Origin: Candidatus Sulfobium sp. | GTDB lineage: Bacteria > Nitrospirota > Thermodesulfovibrionia > Thermodesulfovibrionales > UBA6898 | Length of the DNA: 24,750 bases | Assembly (NCBI GenBank): GCA_037380845.1 | Contig: JARRRI010000058.1 | Coordinates: forward strand, 4,472 to 29,221 | Reading direction: 5' to 3' | Part shown: positions 8,407 through 16,869 of the stretch, piece by piece | Layout of the letters: the number at the start of each line of letters is the position of its first letter | Numbering within the stretch: the first letter of the stretch is position 1 | The notes under the pieces: model-generated | Told to the model about the DNA's origin: nothing | Database searches by the model: none | Seen by the model: only the letters and a program-made list of their open reading frames with translations | Position numbers and translations under genes: made by a program

Positions 8407-10041
8407 CTATGGCACCATACCGGGTCGCTGGAACGGTTTCGGGACATACCATTTGGGGAGGTTGTACATGATTCCGATCGGCGACGCCTTGATCCCCCTG
8501 AACCGTGCACTCACGATCGGCGTTGCATCGGGAACATACAGAAATATATACGGAAGGTCCTCTGCGAGTATCTCCTGGATTTTATAATATGCCTTTTTCC
8601 TTTCCTTTATATTGAAGGTCCTTCGGCCTTTTTCCAGAAGGGCATCCACCTCGGGGTTGCTGTAGCTGACGAAATTAAACTCCTTTTCCTTTGTTTTCCC
8701 CGAATACCAGATGTCGTACTGGTCCGGATCGAGACCTATCTGCCAGCCGAGGATCACCGCCTGGAAACGCCGCTTATCTATGTATTCATTAATGAAAGTG
8801 CTCCATTCTATCGCCCTTATGTGTACCTTTATTCCCACCTTTGCAAGCCTCCACTGGATGATCGTCGCGGTATTCATCCTCGAAGTATTTCCCATGTTCG
8901 TCAGGACGGTAAATTCGAACGGTCTGCCGTCCTTGTCTATTATGCCGTCGCCGTCGGTATCCCTCCATCCCGCCCCGGCGAGGAGCCGTTTGGCCTTTTC
9001 AGGATTGTAGGGGTATCGTCTGACGTTCGGATTGTACGGCCACGTATGGGGAACATAGGGTCCCGTTGCAACGCTGCCCAATCCGAAGAGAACGACGTCC
9101 ACGATCTCGCTTTTATCTATGGCGTATGCGATCGCATGCCTCACCCGCCTGTCCTCAAAGAGGGGGTATTTCAGGTTGAACCCCATATAGGTATAAGCGA
9201 ACGACGGATAGCGGAATTTCCGGAAATTTCTCCTGAAATACCTGTTATTAGTTTGTTTGGCATACTGAAGAGGAGTGAGGCTCATCATGTCCAGTCCTCC
9301 CGCCTGCAGTTCGAGGAACATCGTGGCGGGGTCCGGAATGACCCTGTAAACGAAATGGTCTATATAGGGTCTTCCATCGAAATAGCCTTTGTTGGAATCG
9401 AGGATAAGCTCCTGCCCCGAAATCCACTTCCTTAACTCATATGGTCCTGTGCCTACTGGATCCCGCCCCAACGGACTCTTGGTTATGTCCTTGCCTTTCA
9501 GGAGATGTTTGGGTAAAACAACAAGGTTGCCCCAGGAAGTGAGGGCGGGTGCGAAGGGTTTTGCGTAGGTCACCCTGAAGGTATATTTATCCACCACCTC
9601 CGCCTTCTTTACCTGTTTGAAATCTTCGCTGTAGGCCGTCGGCGTTTTCTCGTTGATTATCGTGCGGTAGCCGAACATCACGTCGTCGGCAGTAAACTCT
9701 ACCCCATCGGTCCACTTTACGCCCTTCCTGAGATGGAAGGTTATCACCAGTCCATCCGGCGAAACGTCCCATGATTTAGCCAGGTCCCCGATCACCTTGA
9801 GGTGGGTATCGTATTTAACGAGACCGTTATAAATCAGGCTTGCCACGTCCTGTGATGCACTATCGCCGGCAAGCATTGGGATCAGCACACTCGGCTCCCC
9901 GATGCTGCCCTCCACCAGGGTCCCTCCGTAGGCCGGGGGGTAGGCCCCTGTCTTATAGTCTCTCTGTGTCTGTTGGGAAGGTCCCTTTCTGCAGCCGGCA
10001 ACCAAGGCGATCATGAAAAAAACAAAGAACACCTTTTTCAT
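8407..10041 (-). CDS. oppA: Peptide ABC transporter substrate-binding lipoprotein (family 5, AppA/OppA-like)
   Basis: Lipobox LVAG-C. IYNGLVKYD, DLAKSWDVSPDG...TFHLRKGVKWTDG...FTADDV, PVGTGPY, and VRHAIAYAID. Confidence 0.93.
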   Translation of the reverse strand: MKKVFFVFFMIALVAGCRKGPSQQTQRDYKTGAYPPAYGGTLVEGSIGEPSVLIPMLAGDSASQDVASLIYNGLVKYDTHLKVIGDLAKSWDVSPDGLVITFHLRKGVKWTDGVEFTADDVMFGYRTIINEKTPTAYSEDFKQVKKAEVVDKYTFRVTYAKPFAPALTSWGNLVVLPKHLLKGKDITKSPLGRDPVGTGPYELRKWISGQELILDSNKGYFDGRPYIDHFVYRVIPDPATMFLELQAGGLDMMSLTPLQYAKQTNNRYFRRNFRKFRYPSFAYTYMGFNLKYPLFEDRRVRHAIAYAIDKSEIVDVVLFGLGSVATGPYVPHTWPYNPNVRRYPYNPEKAKRLLAGAGWRDTDGDGIIDKDGRPFEFTVLTNMGNTSRMNTATIIQWRLAKVGIKVHIRAIEWSTFINEYIDKRRFQAVILGWQIGLDPDQYDIWYSGKTKEKEFNFVSYSNPEVDALLEKGRRTFNIKERKKAYYKIQEILAEDLPYIFLYVPDATPIVSARFRGIKASPIGIMYNLPKWYVPKPFQRPGMVP

Positions 10042-10050
10042 ATTTTGTTA

Positions 10051-10079
10051 AGGATACTTCAAATGTCCCTATTTTTCAA
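10051..10079 (-). promoter_or_regulatory. Sigma70-type promoter of oppABC (TTGAAA-17 nt-TATCCT)
   Basis: Minus strand: TTGAAA (10079-10074), a 17-nt spacer, TATCCT (10056-10051), then 9 nt to the ATG. No SD. Confidence 0.65.
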
Positions 10080-10123
10080 TCTATGAACAGCCCTCATGCA
10101 TCCAGGGCAATATCGTGACGGGG

Positions 10124-10222
10124 ATCATAAACCCTCCTGACCCCTTCCTGCCGGCAGGCAGGTCCCCTTACCTCGGGGGAGGGATTTCCCCCTCTCGGGT
10201 TAAGAGGGGGAAAGGGGAGTTA
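10124..10222. repeat. Composite palindromic element with a nested 20-bp palindrome; possible terminator downstream of uvrA
   Basis: Starts ATCATAA. Near-perfect palindrome CCTtCCTGCCGGCAGGCAGG at 10143-10162. An 11-bp stem TTTCCCCCTCT/AGAGGGGGAAA at 10185-10213. Ends GGGGAGTTA. Confidence 0.75.
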
Positions 10223-12150
10223 CTTCGACCAGGTTGCAAAATCGCAAGTTGTCGGGTTTACCAGTCATTCTTCCGCTAAACAGACTCTAACGGTAATTTC
10301 TGAGATACTTCCCTGTATAGGAACTCTTTGACTTCATTATCGCCGCCGGTGTACCCTGAAAAATGATCTTGCCTCCTTTTTCCCCGCCTTCAGGACCCAG
10401 GTCCACGACCCAGTCCGCAGCCCTGATTACATCCAGGTTATGCTCGATCACCAGCACCGTATTGCCGGATTCAACAAGCCTGTTCAATATTCTTAGCAGC
10501 GCCTGGACGTCAACGAAATGCAGTCCAACGGTGGGTTCATCCAGGATATAGAGGCAGCCCCCCTTCGGCGTCGCACCGAGCTCGGAACAGATCTTCAGCC
10601 TCTGGGCCTCCCCGCCCGAAAGGGTCGTTGCCGGCTGGCCTAGGCGCAGATAGCCAAGTCCCGTCTCCATCATCAATTCCAGCTTCGGGACGACGCGGGG
10701 CTCGTCGTGGAACAGCTCCAGCGCCTCATCAACAGTCATATTCAATACCTCGCTGATGTTCCTGTCCCTGTATCTTATTCTCAGAGCCTCGGGTGTGTAT
10801 CTCTTTCCACCGCACCTTTCGCACGTGATATACAGATTTTCAAAAAAATACATCTCCATCAATTCGTACCCCTCACCCTTGCAGGTTTCGCAGCGTGCTG
10901 AGAAAGCCGTCTCCCTCCAGGCGATCATAAAACAGGGGACGTTCCGTAACGGTCCTGAACTTTTTCGATACGGCCCTGTAGAGAGTCTCGACGACAAGAC
11001 TGCTCTTCCCCGACCCGGAGACCCCGGTGACAGCGACCAGCCTGTTAAGGGGAACCGTAAAGTCCAGGCTTTTAAGGTTGTTCCCTGCGGCGCCATAAAC
11101 GGTCAGTTTTTCACCGTCCCCCCGTCGCCCCGGCGGAAGCGCCACTTTTTCTATGCCTCTTATATATCTTCCCGTAAGGGTGTCCGATTTTAGAAAGTCG
11201 TTTTTCGGTCCGGAGAAGACGACCTCTCCTCCTCTGTGCCCTCCGCCGGGACCCAGTTCTACAATCCAGTCTGCCCTCTCGATTATTCCCCTGTCATGCT
11301 CCACAACGATGATGGTATTACCAAGCCCGGAGAGCTCGCTCATGATTCCGGCTATCCTGTCCGTATCCCGGGCATGAAGGCCTACCGTAGGCTCATCCAG
11401 CACGTAGAGCGTTCCCGTCAAAAGAGAGGACAACTGGTTCGATATGTTTATCCTCTGGTACTCGCCTCCGGAAAGGGTCTTGCCGTACCTGTCAAGTGTG
11501 AGATAATCCAGGCCCACCTTCTCCAGAAACCGAAGCTTCATCATGATCTGTCTGAGGAGTTCCTTCGAAACATCCCTCCTGAAGGGCGAAAGATCGGCAT
11601 CACGGAAAAATCTTCCGGTCGCCGATACGGACATTCTGCAGAGTTCGGCTATATCGAGTCCGCCGACTTTATATGCCAGCACCTCTTTTTTCAGCCTCTT
11701 TCCCCCACACGCCGGACAAGTAACACCCCGTCTGTATCTGCTGAGAAATACCCTTACGTGGAGCTTGTACCGCCTTCCCTCCAGGTCTTCGAAGAAATCA
11801 TCGATCCCGTAAAAATCCCGCCCGCCTTTAAACAACAGTTCCCTTTCCTCCGGCGAAAACTCACTGTACGGTTTGCGGACATCGAGACCCGACCCCTTCG
11901 CCTTCGCCAGAAGCTGCCTTTTCCACCACCGGTATGCAGGCTTGTTCCACGGATCAACCGCACCCTGTGTAAGAGACAACCCTTTGTCCGGAATGATCAG
12001 GTCCTCGTCGTAGCTGAGGACATTGCCGAACCCCTTGCATTCCGGACAGGCTCCGACCGGATGGTTGAAGGAGAACATAAGCGGAGAGGGCAGAGGAAGC
12101 TCGATCCCGCACTCTTCACAGGCATTCTCGGATGAAAAAGAAAGGACAAC

Positions 12151-12236
12151 GTGAGGTGCGAGGTGTGAGGTGTGAGGAGACTCTGAGGGCGTGGTTGCCG
12201 GCCTCTGACTCCTCACTCCGGACTCGCGACTCTTCA
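12151..12236. repeat. In-frame bipartite heptamer repeat module 1 within uvrA
   Basis: gtgaggt gcgaggt gtgaggt gtgagga, a spacer, then cctctga ctcctca ctccgga ctcgcga ctcttca. Encodes KSRESGVRSQRPATTPSESPHTSHLAPH. Confidence 0.85.
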
Positions 12237-12342
12237 CTATTAAAACTTTTATCCGGCCTCTTCCTTCTATCCAGGCCATCTCTATGGAATCTGACAGCCT
12301 GGGTTCGTTTCTTATGACAAGCCGGTCGAGAATAACTTGGAA

Positions 12343-12417
12343 TGAGGTGCGAGGTGTGAGGCCTGAGGCGTGAGGCGTGTGTTTTTTACTTCTGCATTCT
12401 GCATTCTGACTTCTGAT
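12343..12417. repeat. In-frame bipartite heptamer repeat module 2 within uvrA
   Basis: tgaggtg cgaggtg tgaggcc tgaggcg tgaggcg, tgtgttttttac, then ttctgca ttctgca ttctgac ttctgat. Encodes IRSQNAECRSKKHTPHASGLTPRTS. Confidence 0.85.
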
Positions 12418-12969
12418 TTCGTCTATCTCCTTTATCTCCCCGTCGATCCAGAGCCTCTGAAATCCCTGCTTTCTCAGCTCCTCCAACGAAGCTCCTGACT
12501 CGAAAATAAGTAAGGCCTTTTCCCCTCCGTGATGGTCGGCCAGTTCAGACACGACCTGGCCGGGGTCCCATCTTCTTATTTCCTTGCCGCACTCGGGGCA
12601 ATAGGGCGTTGCGATCTTTGAATAAAGAAGCCTGAAGAGTTCATAGAGTTCCGTCAGGGTCCCCACCGTGGACCGCGAGCCCCTGACGGGGTTCTTCTGT
12701 TCCAGAGCGATCGCGGGCCGTATATTCAGGATCGCGTCAACATCGGGCCGGTCGAGTTTTTCGAGGAAAAGCCGCGCATACGTGGAAAGGGATTCGATGA
12801 AACGCCACTGCCCCTCGGCGAATATCGTGTCGAAGGCAAGAGAAGACTTTCCCGATCCCGAAACGCCGGTTACTGCGATGACCTTGTTATGCGGAAGCCT
12901 GAGACTTATATTCTTGAGGTTATTCTGCCTGGCGCCATCAATGCTAAGTTCCTTCGGAGACATCCTCTT

Positions 12970-12978
12970 ATTTTAGCA
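12970..12978 (-). promoter_or_regulatory. Extended -10 promoter (TGcTAAAAT) 6 nt before the uvrA ATG
   Basis: The minus strand reads tgTGCTAAAATaagaggATG. Confidence 0.55.
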
Positions 12979-13120
12979 CAGGAGGAGGACAGGAAAGGTC
13001 ATAGGTCATACCTCACCGCAGGGGTCAGAGAGGCACCAAATTCAGCCACAAAAAGCACAAAAGTCGCACAAGGGTTTCCCGATGAAGCCTGTAAATCAAA
13101 GACAATTAGCCACTGAGTCA

Positions 13121-13231
13121 CTAACAGCGTACTGAAAAAACTGTTTTCGTATTCTCCTCATTCCCGCGAAGGAGGGAATCCGGGTTTTTCGGCAATTTAT
13201 GACGAATCTGGACTTTTTAGCAGCCTGTTAA
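13121..13231. mobile_element. MITE-like element with imperfect terminal inverted repeats, carrying an internal REP hairpin
   Basis: Left end cTAACAGcgtaCTGAAAAA, right end TTTTTAGcagcCTGTTAa. Internal TCATTCCCGCGAAGGAGGGAATCC at 13158-13181. No transposase nearby. Confidence 0.6.
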
Positions 13232-13274
13232 AGAAGACTTTTCAGTCAGTCGTCAACATGGACCGCATGCCATC

Positions 13275-13700
13275 TCAGAAGTCCCTGTTGTTGTCGCTGT
13301 CAATAGTAAATGTATCGCCGTCCACACGGGAGCCGCCCTTGCCCGTAGCAATAGCCTTAAATCCCCCGGCTGTGCTGCCATCGGCATCATAAACGCTGAT
13401 CTTGTAATTGTATTTCAGGTTCCCAACGTCACCGGGCTTAAACCCGGAAAGAAAGCCCCGGATGTTTGCCAGACCGTCAATTACCTTGTTCTTGCAAGTG
13501 GAGCCCTCCATGTAATAACACCCATTGTCGGCAAAAAACTGCTCTTCCAGCAATCTCAGGTTTTGAAGATTGGTATACGCCTCCGTCCGGGTCGCCCTTG
13601 TTTGCTGGCCGACATACGCCGGAATAGCAATCATAGCAAGAACGCCGATAATGGCGACCACTATGATCAGTTCAACCAGAGTAAAACCTTTCTTACCCAT
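13275..13700 (-). CDS. Type IV pilin (PilE-like minor pilin)
   Basis: Class III signal peptide MGKKG|FTLVELIIVVAIIGVLAMIAIPAY with E5. GAGGAGG SD before ATG 13700. Cys pair CYYMEGSTC. Confidence 0.92.
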   Translation of the reverse strand: MGKKGFTLVELIIVVAIIGVLAMIAIPAYVGQQTRATRTEAYTNLQNLRLLEEQFFADNGCYYMEGSTCKNKVIDGLANIRGFLSGFKPGDVGNLKYNYKISVYDADGSTAGGFKAIATGKGGSRVDGDTFTIDSDNNRDF

Positions 13701-13724
13701 GTCTGCCTCCTCTGTAATAATCAA

Positions 13725-14372
13725 CTAAGCCTTCAGCAGAGATACCACCCAAAGGGCGAAGCTGAGGATAAAACCCAGGAAACCATAGAAGGCGAGCCTC
13801 GCCCTCATTATGCCTTTTTCGTCAAAGCCCCCGAATATCATGAAGACGACTGAAGCTACCCAGCCGAAAAAACTCGCTTCCACGACTACGGACCAGCCCG
13901 GGGCGGGAGCACGGTCAGCCTTCATCGTGTAAAGAAGCCTTGCCTTTTCGGACGCCGCGTCTTCAGGCTTGACAGACCCTTCCCGGATCAACATTTGCAC
14001 ATCAAGCTCCGCGATCTCATCGTCGCATTTTTCTATCCAGTCTTTGCCCGGCGTGTACAGGCTGCGCGAGGCATAAAAAGAACTCCTGATGGCGGAAAAG
14101 GCGTCGACAGCCCACTCCGGTTTACCTTCTTTTTCAAACATTTTACCCATTGTCCAGAGCCGTTCCGCCGATTTTCCGATGTACGGCGACCAGGGGGAGT
14201 AGGCGTGCAGGACCGAGTCATATTCGCGTATCGCCGGTTTCCATTCGGTTGCAGCGAAATACTGCTCGGCCTTCAAAAAGTGGCTCCTCTGCATATAAAG
14301 GACCTTTCCCCAGACCAGGATAATGAAAACAATAAAGGCAAGCAGGCCTTTAATGAGATATTTCTTTTTCAT
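13725..14372 (-). CDS. Hypothetical membrane protein (N-terminal TM, helical/TPR-like soluble domain, two C-terminal TMs)
   Basis: 215 aa with three hydrophobic segments. Overlaps the upstream GT2 stop. Confidence 0.8.
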   Translation of the reverse strand: MKKKYLIKGLLAFIVFIILVWGKVLYMQRSHFLKAEQYFAATEWKPAIREYDSVLHAYSPWSPYIGKSAERLWTMGKMFEKEGKPEWAVDAFSAIRSSFYASRSLYTPGKDWIEKCDDEIAELDVQMLIREGSVKPEDAASEKARLLYTMKADRAPAPGWSVVVEASFFGWVASVVFMIFGGFDEKGIMRARLAFYGFLGFILSFALWVVSLLKA

Positions 14373-15111
14373 AGGTCTTCCCCTGGAATATCTTCAGCGC
14401 GGCATTTCGCAATTCCCTCAACCTGAGCATCCACGGCAGAACCGTCGCCTCCCTTATTATTTTCCCCGACATCTTGGATAAACCCGAACTCCTGTCATAA
14501 AATATTATAGGCATTTCATGGACTTTAAAACCGGACATTCTTACGAGGTACGCCATCTCTATCTGGAAGGAATATCCGCTGGAGTGTACTCTGTCCAAAT
14601 CGATTGCTTCCAGCGCCTCCCGTCTATAGCACCGGAAGCCGCTCGTCAAGTCAGTCAGCCGGATGCCAAGTATCATGGCGGCGTAAAAGTTGCCAAATTT
14701 TGACATAAGAAGTCGTCTGAAGTCCCATCCAACGACACTAATCCTCTTTTTCAGATAGCGAGAGCCGATTACGAGTCCGTATCCCTCGATTTCCCTGAGA
14801 AACCAGGGCAGTGCACCGGGATGGTGCGACCCGTCCGCATCCATCTCGATGAGGTACTGGTAGCCTCGTTGAAGACCCCATTTAAAACCGGCGACATATG
14901 CTGTCCCGAGCCCGAGTTTTCCCTGTCGTTCAATAAGGGACACCCTCTTTTCACGCGACATGATTTCCGTGACTACCTTCGCAGTGCCGTCCGGAGAAGC
15001 ATCGTCAACAACGAGAATGTCAAAAGATTCATGCTTCAGAATAGCGTCCATGATGGCACGGAGACCGGCCTTCTCGTTATAGGTGGGTATGATCACCAGA
15101 GCCTTGTTCAT
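14350..15111 (-). CDS. Polyprenol monophosphomannose synthase-like GT2 (DPM1/Ppm1 family)
   Basis: IIPTYNE, VVDDASPDGT, GKLGLGTAYVAGF, EMDADGSH, DLTSGFRCYRR, GYSFQIEM, and PIIFYDR...SKMS. Confidence 0.92.
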   Translation of the reverse strand: MNKALVIIPTYNEKAGLRAIMDAILKHESFDILVVDDASPDGTAKVVTEIMSREKRVSLIERQGKLGLGTAYVAGFKWGLQRGYQYLIEMDADGSHHPGALPWFLREIEGYGLVIGSRYLKKRISVVGWDFRRLLMSKFGNFYAAMILGIRLTDLTSGFRCYRREALEAIDLDRVHSSGYSFQIEMAYLVRMSGFKVHEMPIIFYDRSSGLSKMSGKIIREATVLPWMLRLRELRNAALKIFQGKTYEKEISH

Positions 15112-15119
15112 CAGTCTAA

Positions 15120-15128
15120 ATTATAGCA
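15120..15128 (-). promoter_or_regulatory. Extended -10 promoter (TGcTATAAT) 8 nt before the DPM1-like ATG
   Basis: The minus strand reads ctTGCTATAATttagactgATG. No SD. Confidence 0.6.
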
Positions 15129-15957
15129 AGTACCGTGCCGGACCGGAGTCGTTACTTATAAAAATATGGCAGCGTCTCATGAGCGAAGCGGCCTGTCGGA
15201 CGCTCACATCATCGATCGAAAACACGCGCTCCCTGTTACCGGAAAGCGAAATGATCTTTTCCCTTAAAGGATATTCTTCCGGCCCTCCGAAAAGAAGAAA
15301 TCCTGTGTCCCTAAGCTCATTTGCCAGTTCGTCAATGACCCTAGCGAATGAAGCCTCCGGCCACCTGCGCCTGTCGTGGTTTTTGAAGACACTTGTGCCG
15401 GGATGAATACCGACAAGAAAGCGGGCATTAATGTTATGGGCTTTCATCCACTGCTCCGGGAACGACCGTTCCTCTTCCGTCAGATAAATCTCCAGGGGAT
15501 ACTCTTTCTTGTCCGTAAGATTGAAAAAATCGAGAAGTTTCAGATTCTCTTCGACACAGTGCCGGTCGTCCTCTTCGCTAACGGTCTTTGTCTTCAAGAA
15601 ATTCAACTCCCTTATATTGTCCGAACGGTATCGATGCCCCAGTCTGATCCGGCTGCCGACAACAAACGCAGCCAGGTTGTAATCTCTCCTGTTGGATGGA
15701 TAAAAGTTTATCGAATAATCGAATTCCTTTCTAAACTGCATGAGAAACCTCAGCCCCTCCAGCTTGCTGCTGCGAAGGAAGGGGAAAAAAATGTTCTCGG
15801 CAATATAGGGGTTATTCAGTAAGATGTCCCTTGTCGTTGCAAACATGTGAAGATAGGTGATTTCGATATCCAGCTGTTCCCTGAGATTCCTGACCGCCGG
15901 CGTCGACATCAGCACATCACCAATCCCATAAAGGGGCAGAACAAGAACCTTTCTCAT
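15121..15957 (-). pseudogene. Glycosyltransferase family 9 (heptosyltransferase-like), C-terminally truncated
   Basis: GIGDVLMSTP, GIHPG, RRWP and ISNDSGP, then a stop 5 residues later. The conserved MH-AAA-G-P...FGPT tail is missing. Confidence 0.8.
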
Positions 15958-15987
15958 TTTCTATTTTAACCTTTAATCGAACCCGCA

Positions 15988-15996
15988 TGCTATAAT
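15988..15996 (+). promoter_or_regulatory. Extended -10 promoter (TGcTATAAT) for the inverted methyltransferase
   Basis: Perfect TATAAT at 15991-15996 with TG at 15988-15989, in the divergent AT-rich gap. Confidence 0.55.
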
Positions 15997-16074
15997 TTTG
16001 AAGCAACACGGACACGGACTCGCATGAGGACCACGCGGCGAAATTATTGTGGAAGAAATTTATCGGAGGCCTCT

Positions 16075-16869
16075 GTGAACTGCATAGTCTGTAACGGAAA
16101 AGCGCGTCTAAATTACAAACTGAAAGATTACCACCTGATCCGGTGCAAGAACTGTTTTCATGAGTGGATTATGGAGAGGGATTCTGTTGACGTAAAAAAC
16201 TTTTATGATAGTGCTTATTTCAAAGGGGAAAAAGCATGTTTCGGAGCTTCGTTCAAGAAATGGAAGCCTGAGTCGTCGCTCATAAAAAATCGGATAACAT
16301 TCGATATATCAAATATTCTTTGTGGAATGGAACTATCAAGACCAAGCGTTCTGGAAATAGGTCCTGGCCCAGAGCAAAACTTGTTTCGTTATGCTTCCAG
16401 TTTCTCATCGATTGAAAGCTTCGATATATCTCCTCTTGTCAACACATTCCTGGAAGACCAGGGAGCTAAAGTATACAAAGCCTGGGATGAAATTCCCTCG
16501 GAAAAATACGACGCTGTAGTCGCCTATGAAGTAATTGAGCATGCACCTGATTCTTTGCAACTCTGCTTGAGAATCCTTTCAAAACTCAAGAAAGGGGGCG
16601 TCTTTATCCTGACGACCGGCAACACACGAAGTTTCTACTCGAGATTGGCCGGTCGAAAATGGTTCTACTATGACCCGCCTGCTCACCTGAATTATTTCTC
16701 CGACAAATCCATGCGAATACTCTTAAATAGCGCCGGATTCAGCAGGGTCAAGGTATTGCACCTGGGCAGCACTTCCAAGGAGGTCCTGTCAAAAACAAGG
16801 CTCGCCTTCCTGTTACATCCCCTGTTAACGCTCATCGCCTCCAGTATGACCGTATATGCATACAAGTAG
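16075..16869 (+). CDS. Class I SAM-dependent methyltransferase with an N-terminal zinc ribbon
   Basis: CIVC...CKNC, VLEIGPG, YDAVVAYEVIEH, GGVFILTT and PPAHLNYFS. GGAGG precedes GTG 16075 (the ORF track starts at 16024). Confidence 0.85.
   Translation: MNCIVCNGKARLNYKLKDYHLIRCKNCFHEWIMERDSVDVKNFYDSAYFKGEKACFGASFKKWKPESSLIKNRITFDISNILCGMELSRPSVLEIGPGPEQNLFRYASSFSSIESFDISPLVNTFLEDQGAKVYKAWDEIPSEKYDAVVAYEVIEHAPDSLQLCLRILSKLKKGGVFILTTGNTRSFYSRLAGRKWFYYDPPAHLNYFSDKSMRILLNSAGFSRVKVLHLGSTSKEVLSKTRLAFLLHPLLTLIASSMTVYAYK

Larger units (their letters stand above)
10287..12963 (-). pseudogene. uvrA: Excinuclease ABC subunit A, split by an internal deletion and frameshift at ~10896
   Basis: N-terminal part: GARQNNLKN, TGVSGSGKSS, CPEC zinc fingers, LSGGE, LDEPTVGLH and a second Walker A. 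C-terminal part in another frame: RCETCKGEG...CERCGGKRY, LSGGEAQR, LDEPT, IEHN. The conserved DQSPIGRTPRSNP...FSFN segment is absent from both frames. Confidence 0.9.

Noticed and set aside
8323..9435. 370-aa + strand ORF
   Set aside because: Antisense shadow of oppA with no recognisable motifs.
10880..10910. Programmed ribosomal frameshift in uvrA
   Set aside because: There is no slippery sequence, and ~55 conserved codons are missing, so frameshifting would not restore the protein.
10896..11096. N-terminal 67 aa of the 269-aa ORF taken as an independent gene start
   Set aside because: This is an out-of-frame reading of uvrA. UvrA similarity begins only at RCETC (10895).
11236..12135. 299-aa + strand ORF
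   Set aside because: Antisense shadow of uvrA with no domain signal.
12151..12417. CRISPR array or intein in uvrA
   Set aside because: The repeat units are 7 bp with no unique spacers, and the inserts are far too short and lack intein splice motifs.
12964..13040. LexA/SOS box upstream of uvrA
   Set aside because: No CTGT-N8-ACAG or GAAC-N4-GTTC match was seen. AGGTCAT x2 is more simply a heptamer repeat, although a lineage-specific operator cannot be excluded.
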